Below, one piece after another: positions 1 through 8,619 of a DNA stretch of 50,008 bases. Below the pieces are notes generated by a model that saw nothing but the letters and a program-made list of their open reading frames with translations, was not told where the DNA came from and ran no database searches. Source of the stretch: Verrucomicrobiota bacterium (GTDB lineage Bacteria > Verrucomicrobiota > Verrucomicrobiia > Limisphaerales > UBA9464); NCBI GenBank assembly GCA_025360495.1, contig JANYCC010000314.1:1-50008 (forward strand), given 5' to 3'. The stretch's first letter is position 1, and each line of letters starts with the position of its first letter. Both the position numbers and the translations under genes were made by a program.

Positions 1-21
1 GGTCCCGGTTCCGGTTCCGGT

Positions 22-738
22 TCAGTCCGACCGCTTCCATCCGCGGCCGATTCCCCAGACGAGCAGACCGGTGGCCAGTGCGGCCGCCGCGGCGGCGGTC
101 CCGGCCTCCGGCACGGGATCGGGACTGACGGTGAAGTTCGCCGTGAAGGCAAAGTCACTGTGGTTGTTGCCCCCCAACTCAATCCAGGGGGTGTCGGTGA
201 GGTGGGTCAGATCGCCCCCTCCGGAGCCGAGCAGGAAGGCCGCCCCCAAGGAATAGGCATCCGCCTGCCCGCTGATCGCAAATCCCGCTTCGGCGGCATC
301 TTCGGTGGAGTCGGCGAGCTCCTCGGCGGAGAGGACGAGGACGACCTGGCTCCCGGCCAGGAGATCCAAGGTCAGGTTGGCCGCGCCCACGGACTGGAAA
401 CCGTTCGGCAACGAATCGATCAAACCGCTGGTGTACAGGGAAGTCCCGGTCGCCCAATGGTTCGAGTCATCCCAGTTGAAAACGTAGAGCTTCAGTCGGC
501 TGAAATCCGCCAGATTGGGATTCAACTCCAATGAGAATCCACTGAGCCGCGTGGCCCCGGCGGGCACCGTGACCGTCTGCCCGAAGGTCGCCAGGGCCCC
601 GGTGGCATCACCCAGCTGGCCGAACGCATCCGTCCCGTTCCAGTCGGTGGACCCGGTGGTGTCCAGGTTCACGTCGGCCCGTCCGACGCAGGCGCCGAAG
701 GCCAGGAAAACGGCGCATGGAATGAGATGGCGTGGCAT
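22..738 (-). CDS. secreted PEP-CTERM-anchored protein, function unknown
   Basis: Track ORF 22..777 starts on a TTG. The first ATG (738) gives a signal peptide MPRHLIPCAVFLAFGACVG. The C-terminus is VPEAGT + hydrophobic helix AAAAAALATGLLVWGIG + basic tail RGWKRS, i.e. a PEP-CTERM sorting signal. Confidence 0.75.
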   Translation of the reverse strand: MPRHLIPCAVFLAFGACVGRADVNLDTTGSTDWNGTDAFGQLGDATGALATFGQTVTVPAGATRLSGFSLELNPNLADFSRLKLYVFNWDDSNHWATGTSLYTSGLIDSLPNGFQSVGAANLTLDLLAGSQVVLVLSAEELADSTEDAAEAGFAISGQADAYSLGAAFLLGSGGGDLTHLTDTPWIELGGNNHSDFAFTANFTVSPDPVPEAGTAAAAAALATGLLVWGIGRGWKRSD

Positions 739-927
739 GGGATGGTGAAAACGTGTAGTGAAACTCCTTACGAACAATTAGTGGGCAAGGAATGATCGAT
801 GTAAATGAAAACCTCACGTGCGATCCTCCGCTCCGGCAGGGTGCCACGTTGCCCGGATGCGCCCCGGGGCTGCCGGGGCCCCGGTCGGGTCTTGGCGACG
901 GTGCCGCCGCCGGGGTAAGCTCGGTGC

Positions 928-2178
928 ATGCCGTCCTCATCCGCGTTGTGTCTCATCCTTCCATTGCTCGCCGCCCCGGTGCTGGCGCTGGATTGGCCGG
1001 AATTCCGCGGGCCCGACGGCCAGGGCCACGCCCAGGTCCGGACCGCCCCGATCCAGTGGAATGCGACCAGCAACGTGGTGTGGAGGATGACGATCCCGGG
1101 CTCGGGTTGGTCCTCGCCGGTGCTCCGTTCCGGACGTCTTTATCTCACCACCGCGGTGCCGGGTGAAGGCGGTTCCCGGTCGCTCCGGGTGTTGTGCCTG
1201 AACGCGGGCGACGGTTCCACCCGCTGGGATGCCGAGGCGTTGACGGAGCCGGCCGGGGCCCCCGGGATCCATGAGAAAAACGGCCATGCCAGCGCGACCC
1301 CCGTGATCGGGGAAGACCGGGTTTTCGCCCATTTTGGACACCAGGGAACCGCCTGCCTCGATCTCCAAGGGCGCGTGATCTGGCGCCAGACCTCCCTCGG
1401 GTACACTCCCGTGCACGGCAATGGCAGTTCCCCGGTGCGGGTCGATGGTCTGCTCGTGTTTTCGGCGGATGGCGCTGAAAACCCCGCCATCGTGGCGTTG
1501 ACGGCGGCAACCGGCGAGGTCCGGTGGAAGACCCCGCGCGACGCCGCGGCGAAACGGAAATTCTCGTTCTGCACCCCGTTGGTGATCGAGGTCGCCGGTC
1601 GTCGCCAGATCATCAGCCCCGCCAGCGGCGCCGTCTGTGCCTATGATCCGGCCGACGGTCACGAATTGTGGCGGGTCAATTATGGGGAAGGCTACTCCGT
1701 CGTTCCCCGTCCGGTGTTCGCACAGGGATTGCTGTTTCTGGCCACGGGATTTGATCATCCCTCAATCTATGCGATCCGACCCGACGGCTCGGGGGATGTC
1801 ACCCAGACCCACGTGGTGTGGAAAGTTGCCAAGGGTGCACCGAACACGCCCTCCTTGCTCAGCGTCGGCGACGAGATTTACGCGATCTCCGACGGCGGGG
1901 TGGCGAGTTGCATCGATGCCCGGACCGGCACGATCAACTGGAGCGAACGTTTGGGTGGGGAATTCTCGGCCTCGCCCGTGCACGCGGCCGGCCGGCTTTA
2001 CTTCCAAGCCGAAAACGGCACGGGTTTCGTGGTGGAACCAGGGAAGGCCTATCACCTCATCGCCAGGAACGAACTCGATGAGCGCACATTGGCCTCCTAT
2101 GCGGTGGATGAGGGCGCGTTCTTCATCCGCACCGAATCCCATCTGTTGCGGATCGGGGATGGCCCCATGAAAAAGTGA
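928..2178 (+). CDS. PQQ-like (BamB-type) beta-propeller repeat protein, secreted
   Basis: ATG at 928; signal peptide LCLILPLLAAPVLA; WPEFRGPDGQGH start. Repeated blade motifs (SSPVL..GRLYL, ATPVI..DRVF, SSPVR..GLLVF, CTPLV, ASPVH..GRLYF) are typical of PQQ-binding-like propellers. Paralogue of 36804..38168. Confidence 0.8.
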   Translation: MPSSSALCLILPLLAAPVLALDWPEFRGPDGQGHAQVRTAPIQWNATSNVVWRMTIPGSGWSSPVLRSGRLYLTTAVPGEGGSRSLRVLCLNAGDGSTRWDAEALTEPAGAPGIHEKNGHASATPVIGEDRVFAHFGHQGTACLDLQGRVIWRQTSLGYTPVHGNGSSPVRVDGLLVFSADGAENPAIVALTAATGEVRWKTPRDAAAKRKFSFCTPLVIEVAGRRQIISPASGAVCAYDPADGHELWRVNYGEGYSVVPRPVFAQGLLFLATGFDHPSIYAIRPDGSGDVTQTHVVWKVAKGAPNTPSLLSVGDEIYAISDGGVASCIDARTGTINWSERLGGEFSASPVHAAGRLYFQAENGTGFVVEPGKAYHLIARNELDERTLASYAVDEGAFFIRTESHLLRIGDGPMKK

Positions 2179-2201
2179 CGGCCGATTTCCATCGGCCGTC
2201 A
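2176..2201 (+). terminator. stop-codon-overlapping hairpin TGACGGCCGAT-TTCC-ATCGGCCGTCA (copy 1 of a repeated hairpin element)
   Basis: Perfect 11-bp stem with a 4-nt loop, starting on the TGA of the propeller gene. The core GCCGATTTCCATCGGC recurs at 28205..28221 and 28354..28369. There is no U-tract, so terminator function is only inferred. Confidence 0.45.
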
Positions 2202-2252
2202 CCTTTCGGGACGTGTTGGCGCCGGGGAAGGCGCCGGTCCGGTTTTGCGGTC

Positions 2253-2277
2253 GGGCGCGGGTGGATAAGCCGCGCCC
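2253..2277 (-). terminator. GC hairpin downstream of ilvC (GGGCGCGG-N9-CCGCGCCC)
   Basis: 8-bp perfect stem about 25 nt past the ilvC stop, in a convergent spacer. No U-tract. Confidence 0.35.
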
Positions 2278-2302
2278 GCCGCCACCGCTTCAACGAACGG
2301 TC

Positions 2303-3325
2303 TCAGTAACCGGCCTGGGTGCCGCCGGTGTTGCGCTTTTGCATCCACGGCATCAGGGCGCGGAGCTTGGCACCGGTTTTCTCGATCGGGTGCTTCTCGC
2401 CCGCCTTCAGCAGGGCGTTGTAGCGCGGGTAGCCGGACTGATATTCCTTCACCCAAGCCTTCGCGAACTTGCCGGACTGGATGTCCTTGAGGGCCGCTTT
2501 CATCCGCTTCTTCACCGAGCCGTCGATGATCTTGGGCCCGACCGAGACGTCACCCCATTTGGCGGTCTCCGAGATCGAGAAGCGCATGCCGCCGATCCCG
2601 GATTCATTCATGAGATCCACGATCAGCTTGAGTTCATGAAGGCATTCGAAATAGGCCATTTCCGGCGAATAACCGGCTTCGACGAGGACCTCGAACCCGG
2701 CCTGGACCAGCGCACAGGTGCCGCCGCACAGGACGGTCTGTTCGCCGAAGAGATCGGTCTCCGTCTCCTCCTTGAAGCTGGTCTCGAGGACGCCGGCGCG
2801 GGTGCCGCCGATTCCCTTGGCCCAGGCCAGGGCGATCTTCTTGGCATTCTTGCCCGGGTTCTGGTGGATGGCGATCAGGCTGGGAACGCCTTTGCCCTCG
2901 GTGAACTGGCGGCGCACGATGTGACCGGGACCCTTGGGGGCGACCAGGATCACATTGACGTTGGGCGGCGGGACGATGGTCTTGAAATGGATCGAGAAGC
3001 CATGGCTGAAGAGGAGCGTCTTGCCCTTGGCCAGATTGGGGGCGATGTCCTTTTCATAAGCGGCGGGTTGCTTGGTGTCGGGCAGGGCCACGAAGATGAC
3101 ATCCGCCCGCTGGACCGCCTCGGCGGTGGGGACGACTTCGAACCCCTTTTCCCGGGCGACGGCAATCGACTTCGAGCCTTCGTAGAGGCCGATGATGACG
3201 TTGCAGCCGCTTTCCTTGAGGTTCAGCGCATGCGCGTGCCCTTGCGAGCCGAAGCCGAGCACCGCCAGGGTCTTGCCCTTGAAAACGCCCAAGTCGGCGT
3301 CTTTGTCCGTGTACACTTTAGCCAT
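2303..3325 (-). CDS. ilvC: ketol-acid reductoisomerase (class I)
   Basis: From the ATG at 3325: [40 protein letters not shown] (Rossmann GxGxQG), [19 protein letters not shown]; about 340 aa. The 86-codon upstream extension of track ORF 2303..3583 has no protein-like features. Confidence 0.95.
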   Translation of the reverse strand: MAKVYTDKDADLGVFKGKTLAVLGFGSQGHAHALNLKESGCNVIIGLYEGSKSIAVAREKGFEVVPTAEAVQRADVIFVALPDTKQPAAYEKDIAPNLAKGKTLLFSHGFSIHFKTIVPPPNVNVILVAPKGPGHIVRRQFTEGKGVPSLIAIHQNPGKNAKKIALAWAKGIGGTRAGVLETSFKEETETDLFGEQTVLCGGTCALVQAGFEVLVEAGYSPEMAYFECLHELKLIVDLMNESGIGGMRFSISETAKWGDVSVGPKIIDGSVKKRMKAALKDIQSGKFAKAWVKEYQSGYPRYNALLKAGEKHPIEKTGAKLRALMPWMQKRNTGGTQAGY

Positions 3326-3438
3326 AAAAAGAAGAGCGAAACCGTACCCGGCCCCGGCCCCGTTGGGAAAGGCCGAAATCGGCAACCGACTCCGGGCGCA
3401 TCTGGACATCGTGGGAAGCCGGGCCATGGGAGAAGCGG

Positions 3439-3508
3439 GGCGGGTGGGAAAACCCGCCTTCCCAAGGCGGACGCGACAGCTCCGGGGGGGCGGGTTTTCC
3501 CACCCGCC
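3439..3508. repeat. pair of 20-nt hairpin motifs that are exact reverse complements of each other, 50 bp apart
   Basis: GGCGGGTGGGAAAACCCGCC (3439..3458) and GGCGGGTTTTCCCACCCGCC (3489..3508). Both are preceded by GG and followed by TTCCCA. Confidence 0.8.
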
Positions 3509-3822
3509 TTCCCACGCTACCCGGATGCGCCCCCGAACTCTCGCGTTGACCCATGAAGGCCTTCGTATAGCGTCACCGCACATGTTGCCGGTGGTTCACC
3601 TCGTAGTACGCGTATTGGTCCTTCGGGACTGAGGCGGCCTGCGGCGTGCACTTCCAGCCCCGGGTTGCCCGCAGTCCCCCAGGACGCGGGTTTTCAGTTT
3701 TCCGGGGGGACGGCGGACACGCGTGCGGCGGCCGGAACCCACGGAAACGGCCCTCTCGGCGGGCTTGGGGTCGGCAGCAGCGCACGCAGGATACAGACGA
3801 TCGGCAACGACGCATCATTACC

Positions 3823-4299
3823 ATGCAACGACACACCATCTCCGTGCTCGTCGAAAACAAGTTCGGCGTGCTCACCCGGGTCACCGGCCTGTTCAGCGGC
3901 CGCGGTTACAACATCGACACCCTCAATGTCGGCCCCACCGAGGACCCTTCCCTCAGCCGCATGACCATCGTCACGCGGGGGGACGACGCCACCGTCGAGC
4001 AGATCTGCAAGCAACTCGACAAACTCATCGATGTCGTGAAGGTCACCGACTACCGGCAGGGTGACTATATCGACCGTGAGTTGGTGCTGGTGAAGGTGCA
4101 GGCGGCACCCTCCAACCGCGCCGAGATCTGCCAGATGGCAGAACTCTTCCGCGCCAAGGTCGTCGATGTGCAGCCGGAAAGCCTCACGATCGAGATCACC
4201 GGCGGCGAATCCAAGATCGAGAAATTCCTGAGCCTGATGAAGGACTTCGGAATCCGGGAACTCACCCGGACCGGTCAGGTCGCCCTGCCACGCGCGTAA
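3823..4299 (+). CDS. ilvH: acetolactate synthase small (regulatory) subunit
   Basis: From ATG 3823: MQRHTISVLVENKFGVLTRVTGLFSGRGYNIDTLNVGPTEDPSLSRMTIV (ACT-domain signature of IlvH/IlvN) plus the usual C-terminal half; about 158 aa. Confidence 0.92.
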   Translation: MQRHTISVLVENKFGVLTRVTGLFSGRGYNIDTLNVGPTEDPSLSRMTIVTRGDDATVEQICKQLDKLIDVVKVTDYRQGDYIDRELVLVKVQAAPSNRAEICQMAELFRAKVVDVQPESLTIEITGGESKIEKFLSLMKDFGIRELTRTGQVALPRA

Positions 4300-4328
4300 A
4301 CGCACCCGTCCGGCATGCTGCCCCGCCC

Positions 4329-5288
4329 ATGAAGCCCGCACCCGATCCCCTCCGGTGGTTTTCGGTTTTTGCCTTCATGGTTTGGGCCGCGATGGCCTCA
4401 GCCGCGGGCTTCAACGTGAGCTTCGCCTCGATGGACGAAGGGCGGCGGCAGCTCACGATGGCGGATGAATTCGTCGGTCACCTGAGCCCCTTCGACCGGG
4501 CGGCGCGCCTCAAGACCGAACGCGACGTGGCCGGGAAGGAGTATTTGGAATACGTGTCCGCGGCGGTCCGGGAATGGACGCCCGCGGAGACAAACCGACT
4601 GGGCGCGTTGTTCGCCACCTTGAAACCGAAGTTGCAGGCATTCCGGGTGAGCGTACCGGCGACGGTCTGGTTGGTGAAGACGACCGGCCGTGAGGAGGGA
4701 GCGGCCGCCTATACCCGCGGGGGCGCCATCGTGGTCCCCGAATCCGAACTGAAATCCGGTGATTCAGAATTGCAGGGTCTCCTGGCCCACGAATGTTTCC
4801 ATGTCCTGTCCCGCAACAATCCCCGGCTCAAGGACGCCCTTTATGCGGTGATCGGCTTCCAACCCTGTGCCGAGATCCGTCTGACGCCGGATCTCGCACG
4901 GCGCCAGATCACCAATCCGGACGCCCCGTTCAACGACCACTCGGTTGAACTTTCGGTGAAAGGTGTCCACGGGTGGTGGGTGCCGGTCCTGGTGGCCTCC
5001 TCCGATCATTATGATTCGGCGAAGGGCGGGGAGTTCTTCGATTATCTCCAAGTCATGCTGGCACCCGCCGGTCTCGTCGACCCGGTGCCGGCCGATCGGT
5101 TGGTCCCGATGGACCAGGCGAAAGGTCTCCTCGATCAGGTCGGGCACAACACCACCTACCTGATACATCCGGAGGAAATCCTCGCCGATAATTTCAAACT
5201 CCTGGTCACCGGGGGGACCGTGAAGTCCCCCGAGGTGATCGCCCGGCTGAAGGCGGTCCTGATGCGGGGGGAGGATGCGCCGAAATAG
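4329..5288 (+). CDS. secreted protein with HExxH zinc-metallopeptidase-like motif
   Basis: ATG 4329; signal peptide FSVFAFMVWAAMASAAG; single HECFH motif (LLAHECFHVLSRNNP); G/C-rich third codon positions. Family not recognised. Confidence 0.6.
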   Translation: MKPAPDPLRWFSVFAFMVWAAMASAAGFNVSFASMDEGRRQLTMADEFVGHLSPFDRAARLKTERDVAGKEYLEYVSAAVREWTPAETNRLGALFATLKPKLQAFRVSVPATVWLVKTTGREEGAAAYTRGGAIVVPESELKSGDSELQGLLAHECFHVLSRNNPRLKDALYAVIGFQPCAEIRLTPDLARRQITNPDAPFNDHSVELSVKGVHGWWVPVLVASSDHYDSAKGGEFFDYLQVMLAPAGLVDPVPADRLVPMDQAKGLLDQVGHNTTYLIHPEEILADNFKLLVTGGTVKSPEVIARLKAVLMRGEDAPK

Positions 5289-5362
5289 AAACTGCGGGTG
5301 ACCAGGGGTTGGGATCGATCACCAGAAACGGGAGCCCAAGCTTCCATCAAACCGGACCACCG

Positions 5363-5815
5363 ATGAACATTGAAGGGATCAAAGGCTGTTACGAGAAGAC
5401 GCTCGGATTGTTCTATTTCGCGAGGATGTGTTCGAAGATCCGCCTCCATGGCGCCGGCAAACTTCCCCCGGATTATTTCGCGATGCTGGGGGAGGGCTTC
5501 GACGGACGCACCTGCCGGTATCTTTCCGTTCCCTACCGGGCCATCCGGGAGCGCGTGCTCGCCGGAATGCGGGACGAGGAGGTGCTCGAATGGTGCCTGG
5601 AGAATGGCCGCCGTCTCACCGCCGAACAGATCCTCATTTACAACAGTTTCATGAGCAAACGCGGTTGGCGCGACGATGAGACCGACGGTTTCATCCCCGA
5701 GATGATCCGGCAGTACGGGCTCAAGGATGGAACCCATGCCATCACGGATTTCGATCTCATCGAGATGGATGAGGGCCGCTGGTATCCGGAGATGTGGCGG
5801 GAGGCTTGGAAATGA
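5363..5815 (+). CDS. DUF5069 domain protein
   Basis: From ATG 5363: LGLFYFARMCSKIRLHGAGKLPPDYFAMLGEGFDGRTCRYL ... DEEVLEWC ... IYNSFMSKRGWRDD. This matches my recollection of the DUF5069 pattern; function unknown. Confidence 0.65.
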   Translation: MNIEGIKGCYEKTLGLFYFARMCSKIRLHGAGKLPPDYFAMLGEGFDGRTCRYLSVPYRAIRERVLAGMRDEEVLEWCLENGRRLTAEQILIYNSFMSKRGWRDDETDGFIPEMIRQYGLKDGTHAITDFDLIEMDEGRWYPEMWREAWK

Positions 5816-5839
5816 GCCCCGCGACGATTTCGCCGGGGC
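5816..5839. terminator. hairpin between the DUF5069 gene and tRNA-Pro (possible bidirectional terminator)
   Basis: GCCCCGCGA-cgatt-TCGCCGGGGC (one bulge), directly after the TGA (5813..5815) and 12 nt from the tRNA 3' end. Confidence 0.4.
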
Positions 5840-5851
5840 AATAAGATGAAG

Positions 5852-5928
5852 TGGTCGGGACGACAGGATTTGAACCTGCGACTTCTTGGCCCCAAACCAA
5901 GCGCTCTACCAGGCTGAGCTACGTCCCG
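5852..5928 (-). tRNA. tRNA-Pro (anticodon TGG), CCA encoded
   Basis: The reverse complement reads CGGGACG-TA-GCTC-AGCCTGGTA-GAGC-G-CTTGG-TTTGGGG-CCAAG-AAGTC-GCAGG-TTCAAAT-CCTGT-CGTCCCG-A-CCA. This is a full 77-nt cloverleaf with a 7-bp acceptor stem, T-loop TTCAAAT and anticodon loop TT-TGG-GG. Confidence 0.93.
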
Positions 5929-6002
5929 CTGACCACCCTGAGTATCTCCAGGCAACCATACTCCGCAACTGGCATTTTCGCGATGTCCCGATTCCCCGAT
6001 CC

Positions 6003-7157
6003 CTATCCTTTGCGCCGGTTCTGCGCCCGATACAGGCTCGGAGGAATCCCGATCTCCTTCTTAAACACCACGCTCAGGTACTCCACATGCTCAAACCCGG
6101 AACGTTCGGCAATCTCCGACAACGACAGGTCGGTCTCGCCGAGCAACTGCTTCACCCGGTTCAATTGGACCCTCATGATCTCGTCGTGGGGTGTCCTCCC
6201 GAGCAGTTTGCGGAACCGGTTCTCCAAACGCCGCCGGGATTGTGGAACCGCATTCAACACGTCCTGCACGTTGATGCCATGGCACGCGTTCTCCCGGATG
6301 TAGCGCACCGTGCGGATGATGAACACATCGTCGATCGCCATCACGTCGGTGCTTTGGCGCGTCGCGACCCCGATCGGCGGGATCAATTGCACCTCCGGGC
6401 TGGGCTTGCGGCCGGACATGATTGCGTCGAGAAGCACCGCGGCGTCGTAGCCGGTCCGATGCGCATTCGGGATCACGCTCGACAACGGTGGACTCGAGAG
6501 TTCGCAGAGGATCTCGTCGTTGTCGACGCCGATGACCGCCACCTCGTCCGGCACGTGTAATCCGTGACGGCGACACGCATCCAGAACCTGCTGGCCGCGG
6601 AAGTCGTAACAGGCCATCACCCCGACCGGCTTCGGCAATTCCATCAGCCAGCGGGCGATGTCCTCCACCTGTCCGGTGTGGTCGCGGGGAAGGCGTTTGG
6701 CGGGAATGTAAGGATGACAGGTGACGCCCGCCGCAAGGGAGAGGCGTCCGAAGTGTTCGCCCCGCCAATCGGACCAGTTGAACCGCGGATCACCACAGTA
6801 GGCGACGTGTTGAAACCCCCGTTCCAACAGGTGTTCCAATGCCAGTTGGGCGATGGCGGCATCATCGGTCTCCAGCCACGGCAGCGACGGGAGCAACCGG
6901 GCGGCACTGACATCGACAATCGGGACTTTCAGCCGCCGAAGGGAACGGGCCATCGCGGGCGTCTCGATGCGGGCGAGAATGCCGTCGCCATCCCAGTTCG
7001 CAATCCAGCCCGGTGGCCGATCCAGCCGGCCGTGTTCGGCGAGGTACAGGGACCAAGGCTGGTTTTCGCGGAGATAGGCAATGATCCCCTGGAGCAATCC
7101 CCGCGCGTAGGCGTTCGACGTCTCGATCAGCAGCGCGACCTTGCGGGTGGCTTTCAC
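6003..7157 (-). CDS. XylR-like transcriptional regulator (sugar-binding PBP-like sensor + AraC-type HTH)
   Basis: KVALLIETSNAYARGLLQGIIAYLRENQPWSLYL begins a LacI/PBP-like sensor domain. The C-terminal AraC HTH is RTVRYIRENACHGINVQDVL ... GRTPHDEIMRVQLNRVKQLL ... LSLSEIAERSGFEHVEYLSVVFKKEIGIPPSLYR. I placed the start at in-frame GTG 7157 because the track start (7400) would overlap the upstream gene by 173 nt; the start is uncertain. Confidence 0.8.
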   Translation of the reverse strand: MKATRKVALLIETSNAYARGLLQGIIAYLRENQPWSLYLAEHGRLDRPPGWIANWDGDGILARIETPAMARSLRRLKVPIVDVSAARLLPSLPWLETDDAAIAQLALEHLLERGFQHVAYCGDPRFNWSDWRGEHFGRLSLAAGVTCHPYIPAKRLPRDHTGQVEDIARWLMELPKPVGVMACYDFRGQQVLDACRRHGLHVPDEVAVIGVDNDEILCELSSPPLSSVIPNAHRTGYDAAVLLDAIMSGRKPSPEVQLIPPIGVATRQSTDVMAIDDVFIIRTVRYIRENACHGINVQDVLNAVPQSRRRLENRFRKLLGRTPHDEIMRVQLNRVKQLLGETDLSLSEIAERSGFEHVEYLSVVFKKEIGIPPSLYRAQNRRKG

Positions 7158-7182
7158 GGGGCCGTGGGAAGGGGTACGGGGT

Positions 7183-7219
7183 CCGACCCTGCCCGGCTCC
7201 ACGGCTCCGGCAGGGTCGG
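7183..7219 (-). terminator. 11-bp perfect hairpin between the oxidoreductase and regulator genes
   Basis: CCGACCCTGCC-N15-GGCAGGGTCGG, 8 nt after the stop at 7228. No U-tract. Confidence 0.4.
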
Positions 7220-7227
7220 GCCTCACG

Positions 7228-8352
7228 TCAGCGGGTGAAGGCCGGGAGGGTGATGAGCTTGCCACCCTTGAGCGCGGAATCGTGCGAGCACAGGCCGACG
7301 CAGGTCCAGTTGGCGGATTGGCGGGCATTGGGGAAGGGGTCGCGGCCCTCGGTGATGGCACTCGCGAATTCATGCGCCAAATGCGGGTGAGATCCGCCAT
7401 GTCCGGCCCCTTGGGTGAAACTCAGGTGGGTCTTCTTGCCGAGATCATACACGCCCTTCGTGGTGAACGGCCGGATGCTTCGCGGCAGCAACTTCGCATA
7501 ATCCGGAGCCCGGACCAGCTTCGGGATCTTGGGTTCGGGCAGCTTGGCCCGGTGCAACACCATCGGCTCATGCTCGACCAAGGGCCACTCGATCGAGGCC
7601 TTCGAACCGTACACGTCGAAACTCTCCCGATACTGCCGGGCGGTGTCGAACAGCGACCGGTAGATGCGCGCGCTCAGGTCGCTGGCGGCGAACTTGATGT
7701 GGGTGGTCTCCACCGCAAACGTCGAACCGTACTTCTCCGCAAGTTCGGGACGGATGGCGCCGGAGCCGAAACAACTGACGTATTCGGCGTCGAGCCGGAG
7801 CAATCCGGCGACGGGTCCGACGCAGTGGGTCGCATACCACATCGGCGGCAATCCCGGCCAGTAATTCGGCCAGCCGTCCATGTCCTGCTGGTGCGACGCC
7901 TGGAGAAACTGGATGCGACCGAGGGTCCCCTTGTCATGGAGTTCGCGGATGTACAGGAACTCCCGCGCGTACACGACCGTCTCCATCATCATGTACTTGA
8001 GGCCCGTCTTCCTCACCAAGGCGACGATCTTCCGGCAATCCTCAATGCTGGTCGCCATGGGCACCGTGCAGGCAACGTGTTTGCCCGCCTCCAGCGCCGC
8101 GATCGACATCCAGCCGTGATCCGGAATCGGCGAATTGATGTGGACCGCATCGACGTTCGGATCCTTGAGCAACGCATGAAAGTCCGTGTGTCGGACCGGA
8201 ATCCCAAAGGCGTCGGCCATCGCGTTCAGTTTGTCCGGCTTGCGTTGGCAAAGGGCATAACAATGGGTGTCCGGATGCCGTTGCCAGATGGGGATGAATT
8301 CGGCTCCGAAACCGAGTCCGACGACGGCGATGTTGATTTTGCGTTCGCTCAT
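7228..8352 (-). CDS. Gfo/Idh/MocA family NAD(P)-dependent oxidoreductase
   Basis: MSERKINIAVVGLGFGAEFIPIW (Rossmann fold) and DAVHINSPIPDHGWMSIAALEAGKHVACTVPMA, the family core motif region. Confidence 0.88.
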   Translation of the reverse strand: MSERKINIAVVGLGFGAEFIPIWQRHPDTHCYALCQRKPDKLNAMADAFGIPVRHTDFHALLKDPNVDAVHINSPIPDHGWMSIAALEAGKHVACTVPMATSIEDCRKIVALVRKTGLKYMMMETVVYAREFLYIRELHDKGTLGRIQFLQASHQQDMDGWPNYWPGLPPMWYATHCVGPVAGLLRLDAEYVSCFGSGAIRPELAEKYGSTFAVETTHIKFAASDLSARIYRSLFDTARQYRESFDVYGSKASIEWPLVEHEPMVLHRAKLPEPKIPKLVRAPDYAKLLPRSIRPFTTKGVYDLGKKTHLSFTQGAGHGGSHPHLAHEFASAITEGRDPFPNARQSANWTCVGLCSHDSALKGGKLITLPAFTR

Positions 8353-8619
8353 GGAGTGACGTTCTTGGTCTGGCTCTTCCTACGGGAAATCGGGTGCAGA
8401 ATGCCAGCCATCCGTCGCCGAGGCCATGAAGAGTTGCGCCCGTCGTCATGAGGAATTTGGCCGGCAGCACGTCCGCGCAGTTCGGTCCCTCCCGCCCCGC
8501 GGGGAACGGGCGGGGAGAGAGCTGGAGAGAGGGGTCGGTTGTTCGGCCCAGGACGCCCCACAGGCTGACGGTTTCCACTTCCCACCCGCGACGGCGGCCC
8601 CGAAACTTCTTCCATCGCC

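Noticed and set aside
1-21. Hexamer repeat GGTTCC x3 at the left window edge
   Set aside because: It is only about three units long and is truncated by the window boundary, so it cannot be evaluated.
2213-3556. 447-aa plus-strand ORF, and the similar ORFs 7141..8451 and 29041..30063
   Set aside because: They are antisense to ilvC, the Gfo/Idh/MocA gene and cysS respectively, all of which are unmistakable.
3326-3583. N-terminal extension of the ilvC ORF, and a search for an Ile/Val/Leu-rich leader peptide in the ilvC/ilvH spacer
   Set aside because: IlvC homology starts exactly at MAKVYTD (ATG 3325). None of the small ORFs in the spacer encodes a branched-chain-rich peptide, so classical leader-peptide attenuation is not supported.
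5852-6002. tRNA-Pro as an integration hotspot or genomic-island boundary
   Set aside because: There is no integrase, no direct repeat of the tRNA 3' end, and no visible compositional shift in the flanking genes.
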